A stretch of DNA of 56,777 nt, taken from Candidatus Geothermincolales bacterium. Lineage in GTDB: Bacteria; Actinomycetota; Geothermincolia; Geothermincolales; RBG-13-55-18. A model generated the notes under the pieces. That model had not been told where the DNA came from and did no database searches. It worked only from the letters and a program-made list of their open reading frames with translations. Of this stretch, positions 40,010 to 50,489 are shown one piece after another (within the stretch, counting starts at the first letter, position 1; each line of letters starts with the position of its first letter). The stretch lies in assembly GCA_037478635.1 (NCBI GenBank), contig JBBFMI010000001.1, positions 1 through 56,777 on the forward strand. The letters run 5' to 3'. The position numbers and the translations under genes are program-made.

Positions 40010-40200
40010 AGATAGGGCTTATGGAGCAGGGATGACGCCGCAGCTGGCGTACCGGGACTCGCTTAAGGCATATGTACGGAATGCAAGTTAGAATTTTTCG
40101 AAAACCCCGGGACCTCATGGTCGTGGATTCTGCGGATCATGGTGGTTTTCAACCGATACGCAGGGCAGTGTAAGTCAGGGAATGATGGTGGCGAGGAAAG

Positions 40201-41466
40201 ATGGCCAGGTATAGAGCGCCCCGGGGGATGGAGGATATCCTTCCTCCCAAGAGCGAGGCCATGAGGCGGTTGGAAGATATAGCCAGGAAGCTTCTGGCGG
40301 TATACGGCTACGAGGAGATAATACTCCCCGTGCTGGAGCAGTCGGAGCTTTATCTGAGAAGCATCGGGGAGGAGACCGACATAGTCCAGAAGGAGATGTT
40401 CCTCCTGGAAGACAAGGGCGGAAGGACGCTCGCGTTAAGGCCCGAGGCGACTGCCGGGGTGGCCCGCGCATTCGTGGAACACGGCCTTGACCGCAGGGGA
40501 CTACCGCTCAAGCTCTTCTACGTAGGGCCCATGTTCAGGCACGAGAGGCCGCAGGCGGGAAGATACCGCCAGTTCCATCAGTTGGGCGTGGAGCTCATAG
40601 GGTCCCCGGGTCCGGAGGCCGATGCCGAGGCCATATCCTTGGCCCTGCACATATTGAGCGAGGCCGGTATCACGGTCGAGCTCAGGATCAACACGGTAGG
40701 AGACCCTTCGTGCAGGCCGCTCTACGTGAAAGAACTGGTGCGGTTCCTGAGGGCCAACGCCGATGGTCTTTGCGATGATTGCCGGCGGAGGATGGAGCGT
40801 AATCCCCTGCGGGTGTTGGATTGTAAAGAGGAGGGTTGCCGGGAGGTACTGGGCAAGGTCCCCGCGATCTACGAGTTTCTTTGCGAGGACTGCAGGGCTC
40901 ACTGGGAAGAACTGATGGAGATCCTCGACCGTATAGGTGTTCGGGCAGTGAGGGATCCACTGCTGGTCAGGGGCCTGGATTATTATACCCGCACGGTTTA
41001 CGAACTGATCTCGCCGGCCCTGGGGGCCAAGAACGCCGTGGCGGCGGGAGGCAGGTATGATGACCTCATCCAGGAGGTGGGTGGAAGGAAAACCCCGGCG
41101 GTGGGTTTCTCTCTCGGGATGGAGAGGGCCTTGCTCCTTATGCGAGGGGAGGAGAAGGGGAGGGATGGCGTGTACGTGGTTTCCCAGGCTGATTCGGCGA
41201 GGAGGGAGGCCTTCGCCCTGGGCATGGAGCTCAGAAGGAAAGGGATCAGGGCGGAAGTGGACGTGATGGGAAGGAGTTTCAGGGCCCAGTTGAGGGAAGC
41301 GGATCGAAGGCTTTGCCGGTATGTGGCGATCCTGGGAGAAGACGAGATGTCGGGAGGTTACCTCACCCTCAAGGACCTGGAAAGCGGCGACCAGCGAAAG
41401 GTATCTCGGGAAGAACTCCTGTCATGGAAGGTGGGCGAGGGCTGGGGTGACCCTGGAAAACAGTAA
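40201..41466 (+). CDS. hisS: Histidine--tRNA ligase
   Basis: APRGMEDILP, LRPEATAGVARA, FRHERPQAGRYRQFHQ, GGRYD. Confidence 0.95.
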   Translation: MARYRAPRGMEDILPPKSEAMRRLEDIARKLLAVYGYEEIILPVLEQSELYLRSIGEETDIVQKEMFLLEDKGGRTLALRPEATAGVARAFVEHGLDRRGLPLKLFYVGPMFRHERPQAGRYRQFHQLGVELIGSPGPEADAEAISLALHILSEAGITVELRINTVGDPSCRPLYVKELVRFLRANADGLCDDCRRRMERNPLRVLDCKEEGCREVLGKVPAIYEFLCEDCRAHWEELMEILDRIGVRAVRDPLLVRGLDYYTRTVYELISPALGAKNAVAAGGRYDDLIQEVGGRKTPAVGFSLGMERALLLMRGEEKGRDGVYVVSQADSARREAFALGMELRRKGIRAEVDVMGRSFRAQLREADRRLCRYVAILGEDEMSGGYLTLKDLESGDQRKVSREELLSWKVGEGWGDPGKQ

Positions 41467-41620
41467 GGTCTCGGTTTTTCCCGGGGAACGAGAGTGCCTG
41501 GGTCGGTATCATGTGGGATAAGGCAGGGGACAACCACGGATGAGCATGCCTTTCGCCAGAAGAACGTTCTGGGGAGAGCAGGACGTCTTGTCGATGGACA
41601 CGAGCTAAAAGGGAGAGGAG

Positions 41621-43390
41621 ATGACGGGAAAAGGTTGGGAGAAGAGGACCCATTACTGCGGGAAGCTGAGCAGGCGTGACGTGGGCACCCGGGTGGTGCT
41701 CAATGGCTGGGTCCAGCGGAGGAGGGACCACGGAGGGGTGGTCTTCATAGACCTTCGGGATATAAGTGGGCTGGTGCAGGTGGTCTTCAATCCCGAGGTG
41801 AGCCCGGATGCTCATGCGCTGGCCGGTGACCTGAGATCGGAGTACGTGATCAGTTGCGCGGGGGAGGTGAGGTTGCGGCCCGAGGAATCGGTTAATCCTA
41901 AACTTCCCACCGGCGAGGTAGAGGTGATGGCGGATGAGGTCACGGTTATCTCCACTTCCCTCACGCCTCCCTTCGAGATCTCGGACGGTCTGAAGGTGGA
42001 CGAAAACCTGCGCCTCAAGTACCGGTACCTGGACATGAGAAGGCCGGAGTTAAGGGAAGCGCTGCTTTTGCGGGCCAGGGTCACCTCGGAAATCAGGAAA
42101 TACTTGGAAGAAAGGGGTTTCATCGAGATCGAGACACCGATGCTCACCAAGAGCACGCCCGAGGGGGCCAGGGATTTCGTGGTCCCCTCCCGCTTGCAGC
42201 CGGGACGTTTTTACGCCCTCCCCCAATCTCCACAACTGTTCAAGCAGATCCTGATGGTGGCCGGGTTTGACAGGTATTACCAGATCGCCAGGTGTTTCCG
42301 GGACGAGGACCTCAGGGCGGACCGGCAGCCAGAGTTCACCCAGGTGGACATGGAGATGTCTTTCGTGGAGGCCTCTGACGTGATGGAGGTTACCGAGGGT
42401 TTGATACTCCACCTCTGCCGAGAGGTTTTCGAAGAGGTCCCTCCCCATCCGTTCCCCAGGCTCACCTACAGGGAGAGCATGGAGATCTACGGCACCGACA
42501 CGCCCGACCTCAGGATCGGGATGACCATCGCCGACTTCAGCGAGGTCTTCTCCGCCACCGAGTTCAAGGTCTTCAGAAAGGCGATGGAAGAAGGCGGGCG
42601 GATAAGGGGTTTCAAGGTTGAAGGCTTGAGGAAGCCTTCTCGAAGAGAGCTCGACCTCATGGTGGAGGAGGCCGTCAAGCTGGGCGCGGGGGGCCTTGTA
42701 TGGGCGGTGAAGGAAGGAGAGGCCCTGAAGTCGCCCGCGGCCAAGTTCTTCTCCCAGGAAGAGATAGCGGGGTTGACGGAGAAAGTCGGCCTGGAGGAGG
42801 GAGAAGTCCTTTTGCTGGCGGCGGGAGAGGATGCGCTCACCTCGGTCGTCCTCGACGGGCTTCGCCGCTTTTGCGCCGATAGGTACGGATCGAGGAAAGA
42901 AGGTCTCCATTTCGTTTGGGTCACCGATTTTCCCTTGCTGGAGTGGGACGAGGAAGAGAAGCGTTACAAGTCCAACCACCATCCCTTCACCAGTCCCTCC
43001 CCGGAATGGGTCGACCTGCTGGAGGAAAAACCCCTCGAGGTGACCTCTCAGTCCTATGACATAGTCCTGAACGGGGTGGAGATAGGAGGTGGAAGCATCC
43101 GTATCCACGACCCGGGACTTCAAGGGAGGATTTTCGCCCTCCTGGGTATATCCCAGGACGAGGCCGAGGAAAAGTTCGGATTCCTGCTCGAGGCGTTGAA
43201 GTACGGCGCCCCTCCCCATGGCGGCATAGCGCTGGGCCTGGACCGCCTGGTGATGTTGCTCGCGGGCAGGGAGAGCATCCGCGAGGTGATCGCCTTCCCC
43301 AAGACCCAATCCGGACACGATCCTCTCACGGGCGCTCCCGATCACCTTTACCCGGAGCAACTCAGGGAATTGCGTCTAAGGACCGTATGA
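41621..43390 (+). CDS. aspS: Aspartate--tRNA ligase (bacterial type with GAD insertion)
   Basis: [68 protein letters not shown]. Confidence 0.95.
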   Translation: MTGKGWEKRTHYCGKLSRRDVGTRVVLNGWVQRRRDHGGVVFIDLRDISGLVQVVFNPEVSPDAHALAGDLRSEYVISCAGEVRLRPEESVNPKLPTGEVEVMADEVTVISTSLTPPFEISDGLKVDENLRLKYRYLDMRRPELREALLLRARVTSEIRKYLEERGFIEIETPMLTKSTPEGARDFVVPSRLQPGRFYALPQSPQLFKQILMVAGFDRYYQIARCFRDEDLRADRQPEFTQVDMEMSFVEASDVMEVTEGLILHLCREVFEEVPPHPFPRLTYRESMEIYGTDTPDLRIGMTIADFSEVFSATEFKVFRKAMEEGGRIRGFKVEGLRKPSRRELDLMVEEAVKLGAGGLVWAVKEGEALKSPAAKFFSQEEIAGLTEKVGLEEGEVLLLAAGEDALTSVVLDGLRRFCADRYGSRKEGLHFVWVTDFPLLEWDEEEKRYKSNHHPFTSPSPEWVDLLEEKPLEVTSQSYDIVLNGVEIGGGSIRIHDPGLQGRIFALLGISQDEAEEKFGFLLEALKYGAPPHGGIALGLDRLVMLLAGRESIREVIAFPKTQSGHDPLTGAPDHLYPEQLRELRLRTV

Positions 43391-43905
43391 TCACTCCTTG
43401 ATCGGGGCGGGGGTGAACGGGGCTTTCCGCCCGTGATACGTCTGGTAGATGGGATTAGGGAGGGGCACTGATATCCCGGTCTGCAAGGTCAACGGTCGGT
43501 TTGGTCCATTTGTACGAGTCCTTTTCGGACGAATGGTCCTACAGGAATATGGCCATGACGTCGATAATCTATAATAGAAAAAGATCGAGAATTGATCGGG
43601 AATCGGTTGGCTGGCTCTGCCTTGTGCGAGGGCCGTCGAAGGTGTCCTTGAGCCAACACCACTTTTAAGGGAGCCGATTTCCGCGGATCGAAGTAACGCC
43701 CGGGAGGGGACTACGGAGGATCCAGCGGTAGGCGCCCACCTGCAGAGGACGCAGGTTCATGGATACGGCGGCAACGGCAAGGCGGGGCCTCGTTTTAAAT
43801 TCACTTATCTATTGACCTTTTTCTCTCCGACGTTCCCCAGATATCATCCGGTCTTGACCCTGGTTTATCCTTTAAAGGAGACGAGTGCGCTGATCGTTCG
43901 GGAAG

Positions 43906-45264
43906 GTGAAGATGGCGGACCTCTTCGATTACGCTCTCGGCGAATCCATGGAAAGGGAAGCACCTCTTGCCCTCCGGATGCGACCCCGTACCCTGGACGA
44001 GTTCGTGGGACAAGAGGAGGTGGTGGGCCAGGGGAGCTTCCTGAGAAGGTCCATAGAGGCGGACGATCTCAGGTCCGCCATATTCTGGGGGCCCCCCGGC
44101 TCGGGAAAGACCACCCTGGCGATGATCATCGCGGAGATGACCAGGTCCCATTTCGTCCAGGTCAAGGCGGTCAGCAGTGGAGTCCAGGAGCTAAGGAGGA
44201 TCATCGACGAGGCAATTGAAAGACGGGTTACCGAGGGAAGGGGGACGATCCTCTTCATCGACGAGATCCATCGTTTCAACAAGGCCCAGCAGGATGTGCT
44301 CCTGCCCCACGTGGAGGACGGCACGGTGACCCTGATAGGCGCCACCACCGAGAACCCGTATTTCGAGGTGAACTCTTCTCTGGTGTCCCGTTCGACCGTT
44401 TTCAAGTTGAGACCCCTCCGGGAGGAAGAGATAAAGACGATCTTGCTCAGGGCGCTGGAGAACGAGGAAAGGGGACTGGGGAGCATGCGGCTGAGGGTGG
44501 AGCCCGAGGCATTGGAGCACATGGCCAGGGTAGCGGGCGGGGATGCCCGGGTAGCCCTCAACGTGCTGGAGGCGGCGGCCCTGCTGGCGAGGGAAAGGGG
44601 AGGGATCATCGACCTTGGAACGGCCGAGAGGGCCGCCATGAGAAGGGCGCTCCTATACGACCGGGATGGCGACCTCCATTACGACGTGATATCGGCATTC
44701 ATAAAATCCCTGCGAGGTTCCGATCCCCACGCCGCCGTCTACTGGCTTTCCCGGATGCTGGAGGCTGGCGAGGATCCGCGTTTTATCGCCCGGAGGATGG
44801 TGATATTCGCCTCCGAGGACGTCGGGCTCGCGGATAGCAGGGCGCTCCAGGTCGCGGTCGCGGCAGCCCAGGCGGTGGAGTTCGTGGGGCTTCCAGAGGC
44901 GGCCCTCAACTTGGCCCACGCGGCACTCTACCTGTCCCTGGCGCCCAAGAGCAACTCGGTGCTTCGCGCTTTGGGAGAGGCCAGGAAGGCAGTGGAAGAG
45001 GGGGATCATGGAGGGGTCCCCGCCCATCTGCGGGATTCTCATCACCCGGCCCTCAAGAAGCATGGACACGGGGTGGGATACCTATATCCGCACGATTATC
45101 CAGGCGGATACGTCGAGCAGCGTTACCTGCCGGAAGGCCTGGAAGGAAGGGAGTTTTACCTTCCCGGCGGGGAAGGCGAGGAGCCGGGTATGGCGCAGAG
45201 ATGGAGGGAAAGGTTGATCAAGGGTTCGCGGCATGAGGAGCCAAAAAGGCGGAGCGGCGAGTGA
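43906..45264 (+). CDS. rarA: Replication-associated recombination protein A (RarA/MgsA AAA+ ATPase)
   Basis: [52 protein letters not shown]. Start is GTG 43906 or ATG 43912. Confidence 0.92.
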   Translation: MKMADLFDYALGESMEREAPLALRMRPRTLDEFVGQEEVVGQGSFLRRSIEADDLRSAIFWGPPGSGKTTLAMIIAEMTRSHFVQVKAVSSGVQELRRIIDEAIERRVTEGRGTILFIDEIHRFNKAQQDVLLPHVEDGTVTLIGATTENPYFEVNSSLVSRSTVFKLRPLREEEIKTILLRALENEERGLGSMRLRVEPEALEHMARVAGGDARVALNVLEAAALLARERGGIIDLGTAERAAMRRALLYDRDGDLHYDVISAFIKSLRGSDPHAAVYWLSRMLEAGEDPRFIARRMVIFASEDVGLADSRALQVAVAAAQAVEFVGLPEAALNLAHAALYLSLAPKSNSVLRALGEARKAVEEGDHGGVPAHLRDSHHPALKKHGHGVGYLYPHDYPGGYVEQRYLPEGLEGREFYLPGGEGEEPGMAQRWRERLIKGSRHEEPKRRSGE

Positions 45265-45388
45265 TCTGGCCGGCGTCGTCACCAAGTTGACACCCCATTT
45301 TGGCCGGTGCTATCCTCGAAAACGTTGGCCAGGGGAGGAAAACCGCCGGTAACGGCGGTTTTGGATTAAGGAAAGGAGAAATGTCGAA

Positions 45389-45778
45389 TTGTACAGCGAC
45401 ATAGTGGTGGAACATTTCCAGAACCCCCGCAACGTGGGGGAGATCGAGGACGCCGATGGGGTCGCGAGGGTAGGGAACCCCACCTGTGGCGACATGATGG
45501 AGGTTTACATAAAGGTCCGTGACGGCGTTCTCGTGGACGTGAAGTACAAGACCTTCGGATGCGGTGCCGCCGTGGCCTCCGGCAGCATGGGGACGGAGAT
45601 GGTGAAGGGAAAGACCATCGAGGAAGCGCTGAGACTCACCAGCGAGGAAGTGGCGGAAGCCCTGGGAGGACTTCCCCCTGCCAAGATGCACTGCTCCAAC
45701 CTGGCCGCGGATGGCATCAGGGCGGCGATCCAGGATTACCTTAGGCGGCAGGAGGGAAAGGGATCGGAGGGAGCCTGA
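45389..45778 (+). CDS. iscU: Iron-sulfur cluster assembly scaffold, IscU/NifU N-terminal type
   Basis: YSDIVVEHFQNPRNVG, GNPTCGDMM, FGCGAA, MHCSNLA (three ligand cysteines); TTG start. Confidence 0.88.
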   Translation: MYSDIVVEHFQNPRNVGEIEDADGVARVGNPTCGDMMEVYIKVRDGVLVDVKYKTFGCGAAVASGSMGTEMVKGKTIEEALRLTSEEVAEALGGLPPAKMHCSNLAADGIRAAIQDYLRRQEGKGSEGA

Positions 45779-46135
45779 ATGGGAGGCGTGGCAGCCCTGG
45801 TCTGCGCTATCTCTTTCGGAATATTGATGCTCGCCATCTCGCTGGTGACTTTAAAGATGGCCCGCACTCTGGGCATCACCAACGGTATCCTCAACGACCT
45901 CCGGCGTGAGCTCATACCCCTGGTACGTAAGCTCCAGGTCACCATGGACAGGGTTAACGGCGAGATGGAACACGTGGACCGGGTGCTGGACTCGGTGGAA
46001 AGCCTTGCCAGGCAGGCAAATTCTCTCACCAAGGTTGCCCAGCGGGTGGTCACCTCTCCCGTGGTTAAGTTGCTCACCCTGGGCTTGGGCGCCTGGAGGC
46101 CGGAGGAGCGAAAAGAAAGCGGCGAGGCCGGTTGA
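45779..46135 (+). CDS. DUF948-family membrane-anchored coiled-coil protein
   Basis: N-terminal TM plus helical region; resembles the DUF948 genes found next to alaS in Gram-positive genomes. Start abuts the iscU stop. Confidence 0.6.
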   Translation: MGGVAALVCAISFGILMLAISLVTLKMARTLGITNGILNDLRRELIPLVRKLQVTMDRVNGEMEHVDRVLDSVESLARQANSLTKVAQRVVTSPVVKLLTLGLGAWRPEERKESGEAG

Positions 46136-46189
46136 TGAAGCCACGTCCGGCTCGGGAAGAGCTAACTCTGCGACCCAAGGGAGGCGGGT

Positions 46190-48829
46190 TTGAAAAGCGG
46201 CGAGATAAGGGAGAGTTTCCTCCGTTACTTCGAGGAAAGGGGTCACCGGAGGGTTAAAAGCTCCTCCTTGGTTCCCGATGACCCCACGTTGCTCTTGACC
46301 AATGCCGGGATGGTCCAGTTCAAACCCTATTTCCTCGGGACCGCAAAGCCCGAGTTCACCCGGGCCACTTCTTGCCAGAAATGCGTGAGGACGACCGACA
46401 TCGAGAAGGTGGGAAGGACCGCAAGGCACCTCACGTTCTTCGAGATGCTGGGCAACTTCAGCTTCGGCGATTATTACAAGGCCGAGGCGATACCCTGGGC
46501 CTGGGATTTCCTCACCCAGGTCATAGGCATCGACCCATCCCGCCTGTATTGCTCCGTTTTCAGGGAGGACGACGAGGCATACGAGGTATGGCGGGATGTG
46601 GTAGGGGTGCCCGAGGATAGGATCGTGCGGTTGGGCGAGGAGGACAATTTCTGGGATATGGGGACGACCGGCCCATGCGGTCCATGCTCCGAGATCATCT
46701 ACGACCAGGGAGAGGAGTTCGGCTGCGGCCGCCCGGACTGCCGGGTCGGTTGCGACTGCGACCGGTACCTCGAGCTGTGGAATCTCGTCTTCATGCAATA
46801 TAACCGGGATGAGAGGGGAGAGCTGCACCCCCTGCCGTCCAAGAACATAGACACCGGGTTGGGCCTCGAGCGGTTGGCCTCGGTGCTGCAGGGCGCGAGG
46901 ACGAACTTCGAAACCGATACGATCTATCCCATCATCCAGAGGTTGGTCGATATATCAGGCGTTCCCTATGGAAGGGACGAGAAGGCGGACGTTTCCCTGA
47001 AGTTGGTGGCCGACCATTCCCGGGCCTTCACCTTCTTGGTGGGCGATGGGGTCCTTCCCTCCAACGAGGACCGTGGCTACGTGCTGCGGAGGTTGATAAG
47101 AAGGGCAGTAAGGCATGCCAGGCTTCTGGGGATCGAGCGTCCCTTCCTCCGGGAAATGGTGGACGCGGTGGTGGAGACCCTGGGAGATGTGTATCCCGAA
47201 CTCAAGGAGAACCGGTCCTTCATCCACGCCATCGTGGGGAAGGAGGAGGAGAGGTTCTCCCAGACCCTCCGGGCCGGCCTGGCCTACTTCGAGGAGGCCG
47301 TGAACAAGACTATAGGAGAGGGAAGTAACGTTCTCCCCGGGGACGACGCCTTCCACCTCCACGATACCCTGGGTTTTCCCCTCGAGTTGACCGTGGAAAT
47401 GGCGTCCGAGAGGGGGCTGGAGGTGGACGTGGAAGGATTCGAGAGGCTCATGGAAGAGCAGAGGGAGCGAGCGAGGGCAGCCCGGGAAGACAAGGGTTAC
47501 GAGGAAGCATGGGCCGAGGTCTATACCGAGATACTGGAGAATTACGGGCCCTCCGACTTCACCGGTTATCAAACCACCTCGGACCGGGGCAAAGTGGCCG
47601 CCATCGTGAAGGATGGAAGGATCGTCCCCCGGGCCGCTACGGGAGATGTGGTGGAAGTGTTTCTGGACCGCACTCCCTTTTACGCCGAGAAAGGGGGCCA
47701 GGTAGGGGACCGGGGTGTCATGAGGTTCCCAGGTGGTAATGCCGTGGTAGAAGAGACCCGCTACGCGGCGGAAGACCTGATAGCCCACCGGGTCCGCATC
47801 CTTGAAGGGATGCTGGAGGTGGGTCACGAGGTAGAGGCGGAGGTGGATGTCGAGAGGAGATGGGCTATCCGCCGGAACCACACGGCCACCCACCTTCTCC
47901 ACTGGGCCTTGGGCCAGGTCCTCGGTGAGCACGCCAAGCAGGCGGGTTCCTTGGTGGATGAACGCCGGCTTCGATTCGATTTCACCCACTTCCAAGCCCT
48001 CACCCCGGAGGAAAAGGACAGGATCGAGGAACTCGTGAACGAGAAGATCCTGGAAAACCAGCCGGTGAGGGCTTACATCACCACCTTCGATTACGCCCGG
48101 GAGATAGGGGCGGTGGCCTTGTTCGGGGAGAAATATGGAGATTTCGTGCGGGTCGTGGAAGTCGGCGAAATAAGCCGGGAACTGTGTGGCGGTACCCACG
48201 TGAACAGGACCGGGGATATAGGACACTTCGTCCTCTTGAGCGAGTCGGGCATCGGGTCCAACCTGAGGAGGATTGAGGCCCTCACCGGCATGGAGGCGTT
48301 GAGGTATCGCCGAGAGCTGGAGAGGACCTTGAGCCAGGCCACCCGGATGCTCAAGACCGATCCCGCCCGGTTGCCGGAGAGGATCGAACGCTTGCTGGAA
48401 AGGGTAAAAGAGCTGGAAAGCGAGTTGAGGAAGAGGGAAAGTCGAGCGGTGGCCGAGATGGCTCGCCAGGATGCCGCCTGGAGGGAGGAAAAACTGGATG
48501 ACGGGAGAAAGGTCGCCGTCACCAGGCTGGATGGCCTGGAACCCAGGGAGTTGAGGGAGATGGCGGAACGCGCCCTGGCGGCCCGAGAGGCATGCGTGGT
48601 GGGGATCGCCTCCGTGAAAGGAGATAAAGCCAATCTGGTGGTGGCGGTGAGAAAGGAACTTTGTGGAACCGTGAACGCGGTGGAGCTCGTCAGGAGGGCC
48701 GCGGAAGCTTTAGGTGGCGGAGGCGGCGGGAGGCCGGACATGGCTGTGGGAGGCGGCTCCAGGCTGGAGGGGGTTGGTGAAGCCCTGGACATGGTCGCCC
48801 GGCTTTCCTTGAGCCTGCTCAAGGGCTGA
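46190..48829 (+). CDS. alaS: Alanine--tRNA ligase
   Basis: FFEMLGNFSFGDYYK, WNLVFMQY, editing domain HTATHLLH, C-terminal DHHA1-like domain; TTG start after GGGAGG. Confidence 0.96.
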   Translation: MKSGEIRESFLRYFEERGHRRVKSSSLVPDDPTLLLTNAGMVQFKPYFLGTAKPEFTRATSCQKCVRTTDIEKVGRTARHLTFFEMLGNFSFGDYYKAEAIPWAWDFLTQVIGIDPSRLYCSVFREDDEAYEVWRDVVGVPEDRIVRLGEEDNFWDMGTTGPCGPCSEIIYDQGEEFGCGRPDCRVGCDCDRYLELWNLVFMQYNRDERGELHPLPSKNIDTGLGLERLASVLQGARTNFETDTIYPIIQRLVDISGVPYGRDEKADVSLKLVADHSRAFTFLVGDGVLPSNEDRGYVLRRLIRRAVRHARLLGIERPFLREMVDAVVETLGDVYPELKENRSFIHAIVGKEEERFSQTLRAGLAYFEEAVNKTIGEGSNVLPGDDAFHLHDTLGFPLELTVEMASERGLEVDVEGFERLMEEQRERARAAREDKGYEEAWAEVYTEILENYGPSDFTGYQTTSDRGKVAAIVKDGRIVPRAATGDVVEVFLDRTPFYAEKGGQVGDRGVMRFPGGNAVVEETRYAAEDLIAHRVRILEGMLEVGHEVEAEVDVERRWAIRRNHTATHLLHWALGQVLGEHAKQAGSLVDERRLRFDFTHFQALTPEEKDRIEELVNEKILENQPVRAYITTFDYAREIGAVALFGEKYGDFVRVVEVGEISRELCGGTHVNRTGDIGHFVLLSESGIGSNLRRIEALTGMEALRYRRELERTLSQATRMLKTDPARLPERIERLLERVKELESELRKRESRAVAEMARQDAAWREEKLDDGRKVAVTRLDGLEPRELREMAERALAAREACVVGIASVKGDKANLVVAVRKELCGTVNAVELVRRAAEALGGGGGGRPDMAVGGGSRLEGVGEALDMVARLSLSLLKG

Positions 48830-48832
48830 GTC

Positions 48833-49297
48833 ATGGCCAGAGCGATGGGGCTGGACATCGGAGACCGCCATATCGGCGTGGCTGTCTCCGATCCGATGGG
48901 AATGATCGCGATTCCACGAGAGGTATTGGTCGGTTATACCCCGCCCGAACTTAAAGAATATGTCCTGCGACTCCTCCAGGAAGGGATAAGCGAGGTTGTA
49001 GTGGGATTTCCCCTCACCCTTTCAGGAAAGGAGGGGGAGCAGGCAAGGAAGACCCGGGAATTCGCCTCAGCGCTGGAGGAGATAGAGGGCCTGAAGGTCA
49101 TACTTTGGGACGAAAGGCTTTCCTCCCGGGAAGCTACCAGGCGGCTAAGGGAGGCGAATCGAAAACCGGAAGGAGACAGGATCGACGCCCAGGCGGCTGC
49201 GGTCATATTGCAGTCGTACCTCGACGCAAAGGCCGTGAGGTTAGATGTGGAAGAGTCACGAGAAAGACCGGAAGGAGAGGACTCTCACCATCTTTGA
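48833..49297 (+). CDS. ruvX: Putative pre-16S rRNA nuclease / Holliday junction resolvase-like YqgF
   Basis: MGLDIGDRHIGVAVSD, DERLSSREA, IDAQAAAVILQSYLD. Confidence 0.9.
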   Translation: MARAMGLDIGDRHIGVAVSDPMGMIAIPREVLVGYTPPELKEYVLRLLQEGISEVVVGFPLTLSGKEGEQARKTREFASALEEIEGLKVILWDERLSSREATRRLREANRKPEGDRIDAQAAAVILQSYLDAKAVRLDVEESRERPEGEDSHHL

Positions 49298-50297
49298 CCG
49301 GTTCCCGACCCCGAAGTGGAAGGTAATCACCATCGTCGCCTCCATACTGCTGGCCTCTGTCCTGGTCGCCCACCTCGTGAATCACTTTTTCTTCCCCGGC
49401 AAGAACGGCGAGAAAGTCCACGTGGTCATCGAGAAGGGAGAGGGATTGGGTGCCGTCGCTGAAAAGCTGCGCGAGGAGGGGATCATCAGGAGTTCGCTCC
49501 TGCTCCGTCTCTACGCGATGGTGAGAAGAGGCGATACGCTGGTTCTCCCTGGTCATTATCTGTTCGAAAGGGGGATGAGGTACGGGGAGGTCTTGGACCT
49601 GTTGGCGCAGGGCCCAAACTACCAGGTGAGAGTGACCGTTCCCGAGGGGCTCACCCTCCACCAGACAGCCGAGATATACTCTTCGGTCCTCGGTTTCACG
49701 GTCGAGGATTTCTTGGCGGAATGCAACTCGCGATTGCATCCCACCCCTTTCATCGGCGACAGGGATGTCACCTTGGAGGGGTTTCTCTTCCCCAAGACAT
49801 ACGATCTGCCACCGGACGCCACTCCGGGGACAGTGGTGGAGACGATGCTCAGGCAGTTCGAGAAGGAAGCCGCAGAACTGGATTGGGGCAAGGCGGAAAA
49901 ACGCGGTCTTACGCCATACGAGGTGGTAATCGTGGCCTCCATGATAGAGAAGGAGGCCATGCTCGACGATGAAAGGCCATTGGTGGCCGCGGTCATCTAT
50001 AATCGCCTCAGGTTGGGCATGCCCCTCCAGATAGACGCCACGGTGCAGTATGCCCTTCCCCGATGGAAACCTCGCCTAAGCTACCAGGATCTCCAGGTGG
50101 ATTCGCCGTATAACACCTATCGACATAAAGGGCTTCCTCCCGGTCCGATATGCAGCCCGGGCAGGAGCAGTCTCGAAGCAGCACTCGATCCCGCTTCGGT
50201 GGATTACCTTTATTATGTCGCCACCGGGGACGGCGGCCATTTCTTCACCTCCGACTACGGAGAGTTCCTCGAGGCGAAGAAGAGATATCAGCCTTGA
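49245..50297 (+). CDS. mltG: Endolytic murein transglycosylase MltG (YceG-like)
   Basis: N-terminal TM, LysM-like region, catalytic VASMIEKEA, SPYNTYRHKGLPPGPICSPG. The listed start overlaps ruvX by 53 nt, so the true start may be further downstream. Confidence 0.88.
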   Translation: MWKSHEKDRKERTLTIFDRFPTPKWKVITIVASILLASVLVAHLVNHFFFPGKNGEKVHVVIEKGEGLGAVAEKLREEGIIRSSLLLRLYAMVRRGDTLVLPGHYLFERGMRYGEVLDLLAQGPNYQVRVTVPEGLTLHQTAEIYSSVLGFTVEDFLAECNSRLHPTPFIGDRDVTLEGFLFPKTYDLPPDATPGTVVETMLRQFEKEAAELDWGKAEKRGLTPYEVVIVASMIEKEAMLDDERPLVAAVIYNRLRLGMPLQIDATVQYALPRWKPRLSYQDLQVDSPYNTYRHKGLPPGPICSPGRSSLEAALDPASVDYLYYVATGDGGHFFTSDYGEFLEAKKRYQP

Positions 50298-50444
50298 TCG
50301 AGAAAAACGGCCGGCCATAGTCGTTTTGCCTTTGGCCTTGTCAAAAGGATTTTTAAACATGACGGACTTTAATTTCCATCCGATGGAGTCGATGTTGAAG
50401 GAGTAAGGTGATCGCCCGTCAAAGTCACTAAGAGCCGGGCAGAT

Positions 50445-50450
50445 TAGAAT
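50445..50450 (+). promoter_or_regulatory. Candidate -10 element (ATTAGAAT context) ahead of the V4R/hydrogenase-like operon
   Basis: TAGAAT at 50445-50450 in the AT-richer 192-nt gap after mltG. The octamer ATTAGAAT is the same as at the putative pimA promoter. No good -35. Confidence 0.3.
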
Positions 50451-50489
50451 CGAAGAGTCCACTGGCAATGAACCCAGGAGAAAGAAGAC

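Noticed and set aside
40010-40200. T-box or other leader riboswitches upstream of the aminoacyl-tRNA synthetase genes (proS, hisS, aspS, alaS).
   Set aside because: The leaders are short (about 55-190 nt). None contains the conserved T-box sequence (AGGGTGGNACCGCG-like) or a specifier/terminator architecture.
49245-49297. The 53-nt overlap between ruvX and mltG as evidence of a frameshift or fusion.
   Set aside because: Both reading frames are intact and each protein is complete by family standards. More likely the mltG start is simply downstream of the first in-frame start listed.
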